A model generated the notes under the pieces. That model did no database searches, was not told the DNA's origin, and saw nothing but the letters and a program-made list of their open reading frames with translations. A program made the position numbers and the translations under genes. A stretch of DNA of 64,000 nucleotides, taken from assembly GCA_963668315.1 (NCBI GenBank), contig OY764216.1, positions 4,960,001 to 5,024,000 on the forward strand, in the 5' to 3' direction. Positions 41,110-51,603 of the stretch are shown here, piece after piece (the stretch's first letter is position 1; each line of letters starts with the position of its first letter). Source of the DNA: Spirochaetia bacterium (GTDB taxonomy: Bacteria; Spirochaetota; Spirochaetia; DSM-2461).

Positions 41110-42087
41110 CTACAGGAGGGGAACGACAAGGCTTAGAAGAGGAACGATCAGGGCCAGCCCCATGGTTGTCACGAACCAGCAGGTATTGGCCAGATTCAGG
41201 TCCAGATCATACATGGTGGGGGGAACCAGGGCGGTAAATCCGACCGGCATGGCTCCGAGGATCAGTACGACTTTCAGAGCAAGACCGCCCGCCACGTCTC
41301 CCAGTCCCATGAAATAACCGGCTGCGACGCCGAACAGGGGCAGGAGGATTCCCTTGATTCCCCACATGGTAAATGCCGCCTTGAGGTAATGCTTCATGGG
41401 GCCGAAATGCATGGCCAGGCCGATGGATATCATGAGGAGAAAAGAGTTGGCCGGTATGATGATCCGGTTCATCTGCCCGAAAAAAGCCGGCCTTTCCACC
41501 GTCAGGTTCAGGATAATCCCCAGGAGGGTACTGAGAATCGTGGCGAATACGAAGGGATCCAGAAGTATCGTCATGACCCGTTTTCTCCGGCTGCGCCTGT
41601 CCTTGTCCTTGTCCTTATCTTCGGCGTGGGCGCTGACGCTTTTCGCCACGGGGAAACCTACCAGGAAATACCAGAATCTCTCGAAAAGCCCGTAGAAAGG
41701 AACCAGGGCGTATCCCGCTTCCCCCAGAAGAATAAAGGAGATCAATCCCCCCAGAGACCCCATATTGGTAAAGCCGCCGCAGACAAAGTAGACACCCCGC
41801 TGTTCCCGGTCAAGGCCCAGTTTTTTTGCCAGAAAGAGAGCCGTAAATGCGCCCAGCATCAGGGAGAAGAGACAGATAAAGGGAAGGGAAAACATCTCCC
41901 AGTGCTTCCAGGGAGCTACCCAGACACTGGAAACGATCGTGACCGGTCCGGCAATGACCATGCTGAAAAACTGAATATTCTGTCTCAGCTTCCTGTAGCT
42001 TCCCGGTCTGATGCGGTGAATGGAGTACCCTACCGTCAACCCGGTAAAGACAAGAAAAAGGGAAAAAAGCATGGACGCCACGATCAA
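41110..42087 (-). CDS. AEC family transporter
   Basis: FTNMGSLGG, AMPVGF; 10-TM pattern. Confidence 0.78.
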   Translation of the reverse strand: MIVASMLFSLFLVFTGLTVGYSIHRIRPGSYRKLRQNIQFFSMVIAGPVTIVSSVWVAPWKHWEMFSLPFICLFSLMLGAFTALFLAKKLGLDREQRGVYFVCGGFTNMGSLGGLISFILLGEAGYALVPFYGLFERFWYFLVGFPVAKSVSAHAEDKDKDKDRRSRRKRVMTILLDPFVFATILSTLLGIILNLTVERPAFFGQMNRIIIPANSFLLMISIGLAMHFGPMKHYLKAAFTMWGIKGILLPLFGVAAGYFMGLGDVAGGLALKVVLILGAMPVGFTALVPPTMYDLDLNLANTCWFVTTMGLALIVPLLSLVVPLL

Positions 42088-42827
42088 ACCTCCCCTGTGT
42101 TCCCGAGCCAGTCAAGAAAGACGGGGATATTTCTGTCCCAGGCATCCCAGTCGTGAATACCCCTTTCTTCCCGGAAGGTCACCGGGAGAGAGAGACCGTT
42201 CAGATGGTCCCGAAAGCGAAGATTATCCTTATAAAGGAAATCCTCGGTTCCGCAGAACTGGAAGAGCCGGGGGAGAGGACGGCCCTCCTCTTTTCTGAGG
42301 GCGGCCAGAGCGAAAAGATCATCCTGCGCCCCGGGGGTCTCCCCGAATATCAGCCCGAAGGTATCATTGCGCCTCTTCATAACGGGACTCTGTATATCGA
42401 CCGCCCCGGCAAAGGATCCGGCCGCGGCGAAGGAGTCGGGGAGGCGCAGGGCCAGCTTAAAAGCCCCGTATCCTCCCATGGAATCGCCGGCGACGAAATT
42501 ATCCTCCCGTTTATCGGAAAGGGGAAAAAAAGAGCGGGCCAGCCGGGGCAGTTCGTCGGAGACGAAGTCCCAGTAGGGACGGCCCTGCCTCATATTGGTA
42601 TAGTAACTGTTTTCCCCCTGGGGCATGACCACGGCCAGTCCCCTTTCGGCCACATACCGCTCCAGTGAAGTTTTCCTGCACCAGGCCGTGTGATCCTCGG
42701 TATAACCGTGAAGCAGCCAGAGGACGGGGCATTTACCTCCCGGGGGAATGTTATCCGGCAGGAGAACCGACATCGCGGTGGAGAGCTTTAAGGTTTCTGA
42801 GAAGAAACGGCAGGTAATGTGGGCCAA
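42084..42827 (-). CDS. Esterase (alpha/beta hydrolase, tributyrin esterase-like)
   Basis: VLWLLHG, GDSMGGYGA, CGTED, HDW. Confidence 0.9.
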   Translation of the reverse strand: MAHITCRFFSETLKLSTAMSVLLPDNIPPGGKCPVLWLLHGYTEDHTAWCRKTSLERYVAERGLAVVMPQGENSYYTNMRQGRPYWDFVSDELPRLARSFFPLSDKREDNFVAGDSMGGYGAFKLALRLPDSFAAAGSFAGAVDIQSPVMKRRNDTFGLIFGETPGAQDDLFALAALRKEEGRPLPRLFQFCGTEDFLYKDNLRFRDHLNGLSLPVTFREERGIHDWDAWDRNIPVFLDWLGNTGEV

Positions 42828-42980
42828 GGGATTCTCCTTTCGTTGCTTGGGAATGGGATTCTTTTCCCGGAAAGCATTCTACCATAACCGGATAATTATG
42901 AATACAAGTTTTTCACGGCACCATATTGCCATGAAATTATCTCTTATGACATAATTGTTAAAAATCAGAGGGGAAAAGGA

Positions 42981-44438
42981 ATGATATTTAAAAAAAAAGA
43001 GAAAACAGATGAAAAACCGGCCGGTTTGACAGGGGAAAAACGTTCCCCCGAACAGGACGAATCAGTATATCTTTCCCAGATAGTCGAGCACTTCAGGGAG
43101 ATAACCGGCGAGAATCCCGATCTATGCCGTCTGCTTTCCCGGGAGAATCCGGCTGCCGGAAACATCAATGACCATCTGGAAACGATGGAAGCCCGCTTCC
43201 GCCATCTTCTTGAAAATATGATACAGATAATCGGGAATGAAAAGGAGCTCTCCGGAACGGTGGGCCGCCTGGATGGAGAAGCGAAATCACAGCGGAGGAG
43301 CAGCTCCGAAATACTTAAAGAGGCTTCCTCCTTTTCAGACAGCCTCAAAGCCCTTCACCGCCATACTTCGGAAACGGCCAGAACGGCGGAGGAAGCCGTT
43401 CAGACCGCCGATGAAGGAGAGAAAGAGCTGACCGTGCTTCTGGGCCATATCGAGTCCATCGATTCCAATATGGATCAGACCTGGAGGGACATGGAGAAGC
43501 TGAACGAAGCCTCCTCTTCCATTAACGAACTGACGGCCATGATCAGCGATACGGCAGAGAGACTTCATCTTATCTCGATCAACACGGCCATAGAAGCGTC
43601 TAAGTCCAATAACAAAAGCTTTCAGGTCATCGCCAGGGAGATTCAGAAAATGGCGGGGGAGACATCGCAAACCGTTACCAGGGTGGACAGCATGATCCAG
43701 AATATCCTGGAAAGGACGAAAGAAGTGGAATCGGCCCTTCTGTCATCGAAGGACTCCACAAAAGTCTGCCTGGACCGGTCGGAAAATGTCAAAGATGCCT
43801 TCGGGGAAATCAACAGGACGAACGGCTGCCTGAAGAACGATACGGAGAAGATCCGGGACGAACTGGAAAGGGGAAACGAGTCGGTAGGAATTTTATTCGA
43901 TACATCGAAGCATATCTCTTCATCGGCGGAAGGGATCTCCGCCGAAGCGGATAAAGCCGCCGCCCTGTCGGAAAACCTGGTTGCCGTGGTGAATTCGGTT
44001 ATCACCGAAATCGGCTCCTACCGTCTTAAGTGGCACGGCCGGATAAAAAGCTACTGCGAGGAAGGTTCAGTCGATTTTACGTCGCTGAGCGACTACAGCC
44101 GGGAGAGTCTCGACCGTTTTCTGGAAAATTTTCTCTCCACCCGCCCCGGTTTTGAACTGGGCTATATCCTTGACAAGAACGGCCGTCAGGTCAGTTCCAA
44201 CGTGCAGCTGGCCGAAGGGGGCCATCTTACCCGGGAAGAAGGCTTCGGCATAGACAGAAGGGATAAAAACTATTTCATCCGCGCTATGGAGGAAAAGAAA
44301 GCCTATCTGACTGACATCTATCTCTCCTCCGCCACGGAAGAACTCTGCGTGACCGCGGCCATTCCGGCCGAAGCCGGAACAGATACTTACGTCATCGCCG
44401 TTGACGCCAATCTCAAGGGTCTGATAAAAACTGCCTGA
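42981..44438 (+). CDS. Soluble methyl-accepting chemotaxis-like protein with C-terminal PDC/Cache sensor
   Basis: Degenerate signalling hairpin LHLISINTAIEASK..FQVIAREIQKMA; C-terminal DKNYF..TDIYLSSAT..CVT..IAVD; no TM segment. Confidence 0.75.
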   Translation: MIFKKKEKTDEKPAGLTGEKRSPEQDESVYLSQIVEHFREITGENPDLCRLLSRENPAAGNINDHLETMEARFRHLLENMIQIIGNEKELSGTVGRLDGEAKSQRRSSSEILKEASSFSDSLKALHRHTSETARTAEEAVQTADEGEKELTVLLGHIESIDSNMDQTWRDMEKLNEASSSINELTAMISDTAERLHLISINTAIEASKSNNKSFQVIAREIQKMAGETSQTVTRVDSMIQNILERTKEVESALLSSKDSTKVCLDRSENVKDAFGEINRTNGCLKNDTEKIRDELERGNESVGILFDTSKHISSSAEGISAEADKAAALSENLVAVVNSVITEIGSYRLKWHGRIKSYCEEGSVDFTSLSDYSRESLDRFLENFLSTRPGFELGYILDKNGRQVSSNVQLAEGGHLTREEGFGIDRRDKNYFIRAMEEKKAYLTDIYLSSATEELCVTAAIPAEAGTDTYVIAVDANLKGLIKTA

Positions 44439-44694
44439 AGGTAGGAATAGGCAATCCCGGACCATACGCTCCCGTATGATTTGGAAAAAACGATGAGTGC
44501 AAGCAATCAAAGCAAGGCTCGTTTTTTTCTACCATGTAAATAATTATTTCTTTTGCAAAATGAGGTTATTTTCACTTTTACGATATTCGTAAATTTAAAG
44601 TTTTTTATTGGCATTATCCTTGCTTACATGTATAATGCAAAAAAATCAATTTATGTCCGTCTCCTATACAACATAGATGGACAAGGAGAAAACT

Positions 44695-46290
44695 ATGAAA
44701 AAAGCACTATTGATGCTGCTGGCCGTACTCTTGTGCAGTACCGGTCTTTTCGCCAACGGTAAAAGTGACGACAGCTCCTCCGCTGCCGATTCCAAATCTG
44801 GCGGCGTACTCGTTTTCGGTCGTTCCAATGACGCCGTCAGCCTCGATCCGGGCTGCGAAGACGACGGGGAATCCTTCTACCCCATCAGACACATCTACCA
44901 GGGTCTTGTATCCTTTAAGGCCGGAACAACCGAACCCGAACCCTGCCTGGCAGAAAGCTGGGACGTTACCGAGGGCGGACTGGTTTATACCTTCCACCTG
45001 AGAGAAGGGGTAAAATTCTCCGACGGTACCGACATGAATGCCGACGCCGTTGTTTTCTCCTTTGAAAGACAGTTCAAAGAGGACAATCCCGCCTTCAGCC
45101 AGGGCCCCTGGAAATACTGGGGCTACATGGATATGGACAACATCATCGACAGCGTTGTCGCCGTTGACGATCTGACCGTTAAGATGACCCTCAAGAAAGT
45201 GGAAGCCCCCCTTCTCAACAACCTCTGTATGGAGTTTGCCTCCATCGTTTCTCCCGCCGCTTCCGATAAATACGGCGATGACTTCAGAAACAACCCCGTG
45301 GGAACCGGTCCCTTCATGCTGGCCTCCTGGACCAAGGGTGATTCCATTGTCGTAGAAAGAAACCCCTACTACTGGGGAGAAGGCATACACCTGGACAGAA
45401 TCATCTTCAAGGTTATCCCCGATGCCACCGCCCGCTGGCTGGCCCTTCAGAAAGGCGAAGTTGATGTCATCGACCTCCCCTCCCCCGAAGATCTGGACGC
45501 CATCAGAGCCAACGCAGATGTGGATCTCGTTTCCGGCGCCGGCCTTAACGTAGGCTACCTGGCCCTCAATACCGCCAAGAAACCCTTCGACAACAAGCTG
45601 GTCCGCCAGGCCATCAACTACGCCATCAACAAAGAAGACATCATCAAGGGTGTTTACGGCGATTCCGGACAGGCTGCCAAGAACCCCATTCCCCCGACCA
45701 TGTGGGGATACAACGATGACATCGTACCCTATGAGTACAACCCCGCCAAAGCCAAGGAACTCCTGGCCGAAGCCGGTTACCCCAATGGTTTCGACACGGA
45801 ACTCTGGGCCATGCCCGTTGTCCGTTCCTACAACCCCAACGCCAAGAAAATGGCCGAGATCATGCAGGCTCAGCTGAAGGAAGTAGGCATCAACTGCGAT
45901 ATCGTATCCTACGAATGGGGTACCTACCTGGACAAAACCGACGTGGGCGAGCACGAAATGGCTCTCCTCGGATGGGGTGGAGACAATGGTGACCCGGACA
46001 ACTTTCTGTGGGTTCTCCTCTCCGAGCCTGCCGCTACTCCTCCCGCCGGAAACATCGCTTTCTGGAAAAATGCCGAGTTTACCGCTCTCTGTAAGGAAGC
46101 CAAGGAAACCGCCGACATGGCCAAGAGAACCGAGCTTTACAAACAGGCTCAGGTAATCTTCCACGAAGAGTGCCCCTGGGTTCCCGTAGCCCACTCCACC
46201 GACTACGTAGCCATGAAAAAGAACGTAAAAGGTTTCGTCATGAGCCCCCTGGCCAGACGCGAACTCTACCGCTGCTACCTGGAAGACTAA
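44695..46290 (+). CDS. dppA: Dipeptide ABC transporter substrate-binding protein
   Basis: PCLAESW, LREGVKF, PVGTGPF, VRQAINYAI, RSYNPN, GDNGDPDNF. Confidence 0.92.
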   Translation: MKKALLMLLAVLLCSTGLFANGKSDDSSSAADSKSGGVLVFGRSNDAVSLDPGCEDDGESFYPIRHIYQGLVSFKAGTTEPEPCLAESWDVTEGGLVYTFHLREGVKFSDGTDMNADAVVFSFERQFKEDNPAFSQGPWKYWGYMDMDNIIDSVVAVDDLTVKMTLKKVEAPLLNNLCMEFASIVSPAASDKYGDDFRNNPVGTGPFMLASWTKGDSIVVERNPYYWGEGIHLDRIIFKVIPDATARWLALQKGEVDVIDLPSPEDLDAIRANADVDLVSGAGLNVGYLALNTAKKPFDNKLVRQAINYAINKEDIIKGVYGDSGQAAKNPIPPTMWGYNDDIVPYEYNPAKAKELLAEAGYPNGFDTELWAMPVVRSYNPNAKKMAEIMQAQLKEVGINCDIVSYEWGTYLDKTDVGEHEMALLGWGGDNGDPDNFLWVLLSEPAATPPAGNIAFWKNAEFTALCKEAKETADMAKRTELYKQAQVIFHEECPWVPVAHSTDYVAMKKNVKGFVMSPLARRELYRCYLED

Positions 46291-46402
46291 TTCTCACCAA
46301 TTCAGACGGCTGTCCCCGGGACGGCCGTCTTTCTTATGAAAGGGGTATGCCTTCCCGCAAGGAAGCCGCCTATCCCTTTCTTTCATATAAAAAGGTTAAG
46401 AA

Positions 46403-47416
46403 ATGCTACGTTTTATAATAAAAAGACTGGCCCTCCTGTTTCCCACGGTTTTCGGAGTGGTGACTCTGGTATTCTTCATGATTGCCCTGACACCGGGAGA
46501 TCCGGCGCGAGTCATGCTGGGAGAACGGGCCAGCGAAAAACAGCTGACCGAACTGCGCGCACAGCTGGGACTGGATAGACCTCTTACCGAACAGTACGGT
46601 CTCTATCTCAAAAGAATCGTCAGACTGGACTTCGGAAAGTCCATCCGCTCGGGTCAGAAAGTCGCCGAGGAAATCAAGACTTACTTCCCCGCCACCATAG
46701 AATTGACAATTTTCGCCATGATCATCGCCTCCATCCTGGGAATATGGATAGGGGTGCTCTCGGCTACTCATAAAAACACCTGGATTGACGTTGGCTCCAT
46801 GATGGGGGCCCTTGTGGGGGTCTCCATGCCCATATTCTGGCTGGCCCTGGTCATGATCATGATTTTTTCCGTGGGCCTGGATATCTTTCCCACGGGGAGC
46901 CGGATGAATGTGCGCTACTACTTCACTCCCAATACCAACTTCTACCTGATAGACACCTTCCCCTATCTTTTCAAGGGACATCCGGAGTATTTTCTTTCCG
47001 CCCTGCACCATCTGGTGCTTCCCTCCGTCTGTCTTGCCACCATCCCCCTGGCCATCATCGCCCGGACCACCCGTTCCTCCATGCTGGAAGTGCTGAAGCA
47101 GGACTACATCAAGACCGTCCGGTCCGCCGGAGTGAAGGAAAGCCGTGTCATCTACCGCTACGCCCTGCGAAATGCCCTTCTGCCGGTTATTACCGTCATA
47201 GGACTGCAGTTCGGCTACCTTCTGTCCGGAGCGGTGCTTACCGAGACGATCTTTGCCTGGCCGGGCATAGGAAAATGGCTCTATACGGCCATACAGGCCC
47301 GGGATTACCCCGCCGTACAGGGAGGTATTATCTTCATTTCCACCTCTTTCATTCTCATTAACCTGGTGGTGGATCTGCTTTACTCCCTCATCAATCCCAA
47401 AATCAGGCTATCCTAG
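46403..47416 (+). CDS. dppB: Dipeptide ABC permease
   Basis: PGDPA, FPATIEL, RSSMLEVL..DYI, ETIFAWPGIG. Confidence 0.9.
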   Translation: MLRFIIKRLALLFPTVFGVVTLVFFMIALTPGDPARVMLGERASEKQLTELRAQLGLDRPLTEQYGLYLKRIVRLDFGKSIRSGQKVAEEIKTYFPATIELTIFAMIIASILGIWIGVLSATHKNTWIDVGSMMGALVGVSMPIFWLALVMIMIFSVGLDIFPTGSRMNVRYYFTPNTNFYLIDTFPYLFKGHPEYFLSALHHLVLPSVCLATIPLAIIARTTRSSMLEVLKQDYIKTVRSAGVKESRVIYRYALRNALLPVITVIGLQFGYLLSGAVLTETIFAWPGIGKWLYTAIQARDYPAVQGGIIFISTSFILINLVVDLLYSLINPKIRLS

Positions 47417-47425
47417 GAGGAATCG

Positions 47426-48313
47426 GTGTCATCAACAGCAGCACAGTCAACAGCAAAAGCACTGCCCAAAGACCATCCCATGGCGGAGCTTTTTTATCAG
47501 ATAAGACATAACAGAAGCGCCTCGATAGGCCTTTCTATCATCGTTTTTTTCATTCTCGTCGCCTTTTTCGCCCCCCTGCTGGCCCCCCATGATCCCATCG
47601 TGCAGGATATTTCCATGCGAAAGACCCCGCCTATGACGGCGGGCTATATTCTGGGAGCGGACGACCTGGGCAGGGATATACTGTCCCGCATTATCTACGG
47701 TTCCCGGGTTTCCATGATGATAGGAGTGGTGGCCGTGGGTATCGCCATCATATTCGGCTCCCTCATCGGAATCGTCTCGGCTTATTACGGCGGCTGGATA
47801 GACGTGATCATTATGAGGATCATAGACATCATGCTGGCCTTCCCTTTCATCATCCTGACCATCATCATCGTCTCCATAATGGGGCCCTCCCTTTTTAACG
47901 CCATGATCGCCATCGGCGTTTCCCAGGTGCCCCGATACGCCCGGGTTGTCCGGGCCTCGGTTCTCGCCGAAAAGGAGAACGACTACGTACTGGCCGAACG
48001 CTCCCTGGGAACGGGCGATCTGGAGCTGATGTTCCGGTCCATCTTCCCCAACTGTCTGGCACCCGTATCGGTCCAGGCCACTCTGGGAATCGGCTCGGCC
48101 ATCCTCGAATCGGCCGCTCTCTCCTTCCTGGGGCTGGGCGCCCAGCCGCCCACACCGGAATGGGGACTCATGATCTCCGACGGAAAGGAATTCATCACGA
48201 ACGCCTGGTGGATAGTCACCATGCCCGGTATCGCCACCCTGCTGGCCGTACTGGGGTTCAACCTGCTCGGCGACGGTCTCAGGGACATACTGGATCCCCG
48301 GCTTAAGGATTAG
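47426..48313 (+). CDS. dppC: Dipeptide ABC permease
   Basis: LGADDLGRDI, LSFLGLG..PPTPEWG, GDGLRDILDPR. Confidence 0.9.
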   Translation: MSSTAAQSTAKALPKDHPMAELFYQIRHNRSASIGLSIIVFFILVAFFAPLLAPHDPIVQDISMRKTPPMTAGYILGADDLGRDILSRIIYGSRVSMMIGVVAVGIAIIFGSLIGIVSAYYGGWIDVIIMRIIDIMLAFPFIILTIIIVSIMGPSLFNAMIAIGVSQVPRYARVVRASVLAEKENDYVLAERSLGTGDLELMFRSIFPNCLAPVSVQATLGIGSAILESAALSFLGLGAQPPTPEWGLMISDGKEFITNAWWIVTMPGIATLLAVLGFNLLGDGLRDILDPRLKD

Positions 48314-48324
48314 GGAGGAAAGAC

Positions 48325-49323
48325 ATGTCAGACAAACCATTTATCAGCATCGAAAATCTGGAAGTCCAGTTCAAAACGCGCCGGGGCATCGTCAAGGCTG
48401 TCCGGGGCATCTCCTTCTCCATGGAAAAGGGCGAGACCCTGGCCCTCGTCGGCGAATCGGGCTGCGGAAAATCGGTTACGGCCCACTCCATCAATCAGCT
48501 TATCCCCATGCCTCCCGGCGAGATTACCGGAGGGAAGATCTTCTTCAAGGGGAAGAACCTGCTGGAAGCCGGTAAAAAAGAGATGGAGGCGATTCGGGGC
48601 CAGGAGATCACCATGATTTTCCAGGAACCCATGACCAGTCTGAATCCGGTCTTTCCCATAGGAGAGCAGATAGCGGAAGTCTTTATGACACACCAGGGCA
48701 TGAAGAAGAAAGAAGCCCTTAAAAAAGCGGTGGAGCTGCTGGATCTGGTCAAAATCCCCTCCCCGGCAAAACGGGCCCGCGACTACCCCCACCAGCTCTC
48801 CGGCGGTATGCGCCAGCGTGCCATGATAGCCATGGCCCTCGCGTCACCCGAGCCGGGGCTCCTGATTGCCGACGAGCCCACCACAGCCCTGGACGTGACG
48901 ATACAATCCCAGATCCTGGATCTACTCTCGGACCTGAACAAGAGGGTGGAAATGGCCCTGCTGCTCATTACACACGACATGGGCGTCGTCGCCGAAACGG
49001 CCGACAAGGTGGTCGTCATGTACGCCGGGAGGATCATGGAAGAGGGAACGGTCCATCATATATTCGACAATCCTTCCCATCCCTACACCCTGGGGCTTCT
49101 TAATTCCCTGCCTTCCAACAAAAAATACGAAGGCGCGACACGGCTGGAAGCGATAGAAGGCAGCGTTCCCGATCTTCTGACTCTGGGAGACGGATGTCCC
49201 TTTGCCAACCGCTGCCCCTATGCGGATGAAATATGCGAAGAAAGCTTTCCCGAACGGACGGTTCTTGAAGGAGATCACGCCCTCTCCTGCCATCACCATG
49301 AAAAAGCGGCGCGAGGTAAATAA
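48325..49323 (+). CDS. dppD: Dipeptide ABC ATPase
   Basis: [29 protein letters not shown]-terminal Cys cluster. Confidence 0.9.
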   Translation: MSDKPFISIENLEVQFKTRRGIVKAVRGISFSMEKGETLALVGESGCGKSVTAHSINQLIPMPPGEITGGKIFFKGKNLLEAGKKEMEAIRGQEITMIFQEPMTSLNPVFPIGEQIAEVFMTHQGMKKKEALKKAVELLDLVKIPSPAKRARDYPHQLSGGMRQRAMIAMALASPEPGLLIADEPTTALDVTIQSQILDLLSDLNKRVEMALLLITHDMGVVAETADKVVVMYAGRIMEEGTVHHIFDNPSHPYTLGLLNSLPSNKKYEGATRLEAIEGSVPDLLTLGDGCPFANRCPYADEICEESFPERTVLEGDHALSCHHHEKAARGK

Positions 49324-49325
49324 TC

Positions 49326-50294
49326 ATGAGCATACTGACAGTTAAAGATCTGAAAAAATACTATACGGTCACCTCCGAAACGGGGGCCGAGAAAAAGACA
49401 CTGAAAGCGGTGGACGGGGTTAGCTTTACCCTGAAAAAAGGCGAAATCCTGGGCGTGGTGGGCGAATCGGGCTGCGGCAAATCCACACTGGGCAAAACCA
49501 TTCTCCGCCTTCACGACAAAAATGAAGGAGAAGTGATCCTCCAGGATCAGGATCTTTTCAATCTCTCCCCGGGTGAACTGAAAAAAACCCGCTTGAAAGC
49601 ACAGATGGTCTTTCAGGATCCCTTTTCCTCCCTCAATCCCCGGAAAAGGGTCAAGGACCTTATCGGCCAGCCCCTGCGTATTCACGGCTGGGGCAGCAAG
49701 GCAGAAATAGATGAGCGGGTTTCCTCCCTGATGGAGGAGGTAGGTCTCAACCCCCAGTACCGCACCCGCTTCGCCCACCAGTTCTCCGGCGGCCAGAGAC
49801 AGAGAATCGGCATAGCCCGCGCACTGGCCCTTAACCCGGAATTCATCGTATGCGACGAGGCGGTTTCCGCCCTTGACGTCTCGGTTCAGGCCCAGATCAT
49901 CAATCTTCTGCTGGATCTGCGGGAGAAATATAACCTGACATACATGTTCATCGCCCATGACCTTTCAGTGGTAGAGTTCATCTCCACCCGCATCATCGTC
50001 ATGTATCTGGGACGCATCGTCGAAATGGCCGATAAGGAGGAGCTGGTCAAATCCCATGTTCACCCCTATACCAGGGCCCTTTTTCAGGCGTTCCCCGCCG
50101 CAGACCCCTCTCAGAGGGAAAAGAAAGAGAAAGTGGTGGTAGGAGATGTCCCCTCTCCCATCGATCCGCCCTCGGGCTGTCATTTCCATCCCCGGTGCCC
50201 CTTTGCAGACGAAAAATGCCGCACCCAGTACCCTCCTTTGGAGGAAGTTGCGCCGGGTCATTTCTCGGCCTGCTGGAAGAACAAAACTTTTTAA
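49326..50294 (+). CDS. dppF: Dipeptide ABC ATPase
   Basis: [32 protein letters not shown]. Confidence 0.9.
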   Translation: MSILTVKDLKKYYTVTSETGAEKKTLKAVDGVSFTLKKGEILGVVGESGCGKSTLGKTILRLHDKNEGEVILQDQDLFNLSPGELKKTRLKAQMVFQDPFSSLNPRKRVKDLIGQPLRIHGWGSKAEIDERVSSLMEEVGLNPQYRTRFAHQFSGGQRQRIGIARALALNPEFIVCDEAVSALDVSVQAQIINLLLDLREKYNLTYMFIAHDLSVVEFISTRIIVMYLGRIVEMADKEELVKSHVHPYTRALFQAFPAADPSQREKKEKVVVGDVPSPIDPPSGCHFHPRCPFADEKCRTQYPPLEEVAPGHFSACWKNKTF

Positions 50295-50313
50295 TTTTTT
50301 TTTGCGATAGCTG

Positions 50314-50342
50314 TTGACAGAAAAAATCCTTTTCTGTATTAT
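50314..50342 (+). promoter_or_regulatory. sigma70 promoter of the tRNA pair
   Basis: TTGACA-17-TATTAT. Confidence 0.8.
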
Positions 50343-50369
50343 AGCCAAGCACATTGAGAGTGCCCCCGA

Positions 50370-50443
50370 GCCCCGGTAGCTCAGTAGGATAGAGCAACTG
50401 CCTCCTAAGCAGTAGGTCATGCGTTCGAATCGCGTTCGGGGTA
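50370..50443 (+). tRNA. tRNA-Arg (CCT)
   Basis: Cloverleaf; anticodon arm ACTGC-CT-CCT-AA-GCAGT; TTCGAAT T-loop. Confidence 0.95.
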
Positions 50444-50465
50444 AAGCTCAAAGTAGCAAAAAAAT

Positions 50466-50539
50466 GGAGGCGTAGCGAAGCTGGTTATCGCGCCGGCCTG
50501 TCAAGCCGGAGATCGCGGGTTCGATCCCCGTCGCTTCCG
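50466..50539 (+). tRNA. tRNA-Asp (GTC)
   Basis: Cloverleaf; anticodon arm CCGGC-CT-GTC-AA-GCCGG; acceptor stem GGAGGCG/CGCTTCC. Confidence 0.95.
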
Positions 50540-50542
50540 CAC

Positions 50543-50575
50543 AAGAGACTATCCCTGGATAGTCTCTTTTTTTTT
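50543..50575 (+). terminator. Intrinsic terminator after the tRNAs
   Basis: AAGAGACTATCC-CT-GGATAGTCTCTT followed by a T tract. Confidence 0.9.
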
Positions 50576-50730
50576 GCCCCCATAGTTTTGGGGAAATCCC
50601 CTCACTCCGCTTCTGCGGGGTCAGCCTTCGGCTCCCCTCCAATCCCTTTTCCTCCCTCATGAAAAGCCCCGAGTAAACAGTCTTAAGTCAAAACGATTAT
50701 ACACTATCGCCTAATGTTATTATAACGAAT

Positions 50731-51531
50731 TCATAAAGGACTCCTTATCCGGCTTAATCGGCTCTCTGCCATATGCAGGTAAACCATAGTCGAGCTAACC
50801 GACGAATGCCCCAGCATCTTCTTTATCGTCTTTACATCAGTCCCATTCTCCAGAAGATGGGTGGCAAAAGAGTGGCGTAAGGTATGACAAGTCGCTTTCC
50901 CTTCCAATCTCGATTTAAGGCAGGCCTTTTCAAATACTATCTGCAGCGTTCTAATGCTGTACTTCCTACCGTTTATCGACTTGAACAAATATTCTCGGGG
51001 CGATCTGTCGCCCATAAGATAAATAAGATCCTCCTTTAACGAGCGGGATATCAGCGTCACGCGGTCTTTCCTCCCCTTCCCCCTCCTCACGGTTAGAGTG
51101 AAACTTGCAAGATCCACGTCACGCACCCGTAAATCGACGACTTCGCTAACCCTGAGTCCGGACCCATATAGCATGGCAATCATCGTCCTATGCCTCAAAT
51201 TTTGCACAGAGGATAGGATAATCAGAATCTCTTCCCTCGAGAGAACGCGGGGCAGTTCTTTATTTCTTCTGGGTCTGTCAAGAACATAGGGACAATCCCT
51301 GTGAATAACCAACCTGTAAAAAGTTTTAATGCAGGCATAACATACCTTCACCGTAGCCGGCTTATCCTCATAAAGTTTCAGAAATCGGAAAATTTGCTCC
51401 CCGGGCTCATAATTATGTCTTCCCGCGAAAGACTCGAATTTATGGAAATAAAACAGATAAGCTCTAATCGTCTTAGCACTGTAATTGCGGATTTTCATCT
51501 CCGCCTCAAAGCGTTCCCCGTATTTAGTCAT
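50731..51531 (-). CDS. Tyrosine recombinase, integron-integrase-like but apparently lacking the I2 insertion
   Basis: N-terminal RNYSAKTIRAY (IntI-like SAM domain), LPRVLS, LYGSGLRVSE, GKGRKDR, HTLRHSFATHLL, LGHSS..TMVY, SPL end; divergent from the cassette array. Confidence 0.9.
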   Translation of the reverse strand: MTKYGERFEAEMKIRNYSAKTIRAYLFYFHKFESFAGRHNYEPGEQIFRFLKLYEDKPATVKVCYACIKTFYRLVIHRDCPYVLDRPRRNKELPRVLSREEILIILSSVQNLRHRTMIAMLYGSGLRVSEVVDLRVRDVDLASFTLTVRRGKGRKDRVTLISRSLKEDLIYLMGDRSPREYLFKSINGRKYSIRTLQIVFEKACLKSRLEGKATCHTLRHSFATHLLENGTDVKTIKKMLGHSSVSSTMVYLHMAESRLSRIRSPL

Positions 51532-51603
51532 ATAAACTCCTGTTTTATTAAGCGCAGTTTTTTTGCTATTTCATGCAAAATAACTGCGAACAGGAATATA
51601 ATA

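Noticed and set aside
41598..41615. (TGTCCT)3 microsatellite in the AEC gene
   Set aside because: In-frame DKDKDK loop; too short to suggest phase variation.
44707..46194. 495-aa antisense ORF over dppA (likewise 18358-19968, 7500-8531, 27954-29063 and 56-790)
   Set aside because: Shadow ORFs produced by codon bias of well-supported genes on the opposite strand; no motifs.
49965..50660. Minus-strand ORFs across the tRNA region
   Set aside because: They overlap two clear tRNA genes and dppF; spurious.
50690..50732. GTTATTATAAC palindrome downstream of the integrase as a dif or second att site
   Set aside because: Poor match to the XerC/XerD dif consensus, and no att-type arms.
50466..51531. 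Integrase next to tRNA-Asp read as a prophage or genomic island integrated at the tRNA
   Set aside because: No duplicated tRNA 3' end and no phage or conjugation genes in the window; the cassette end-complementarity explains the region better. The far boundary is not visible.
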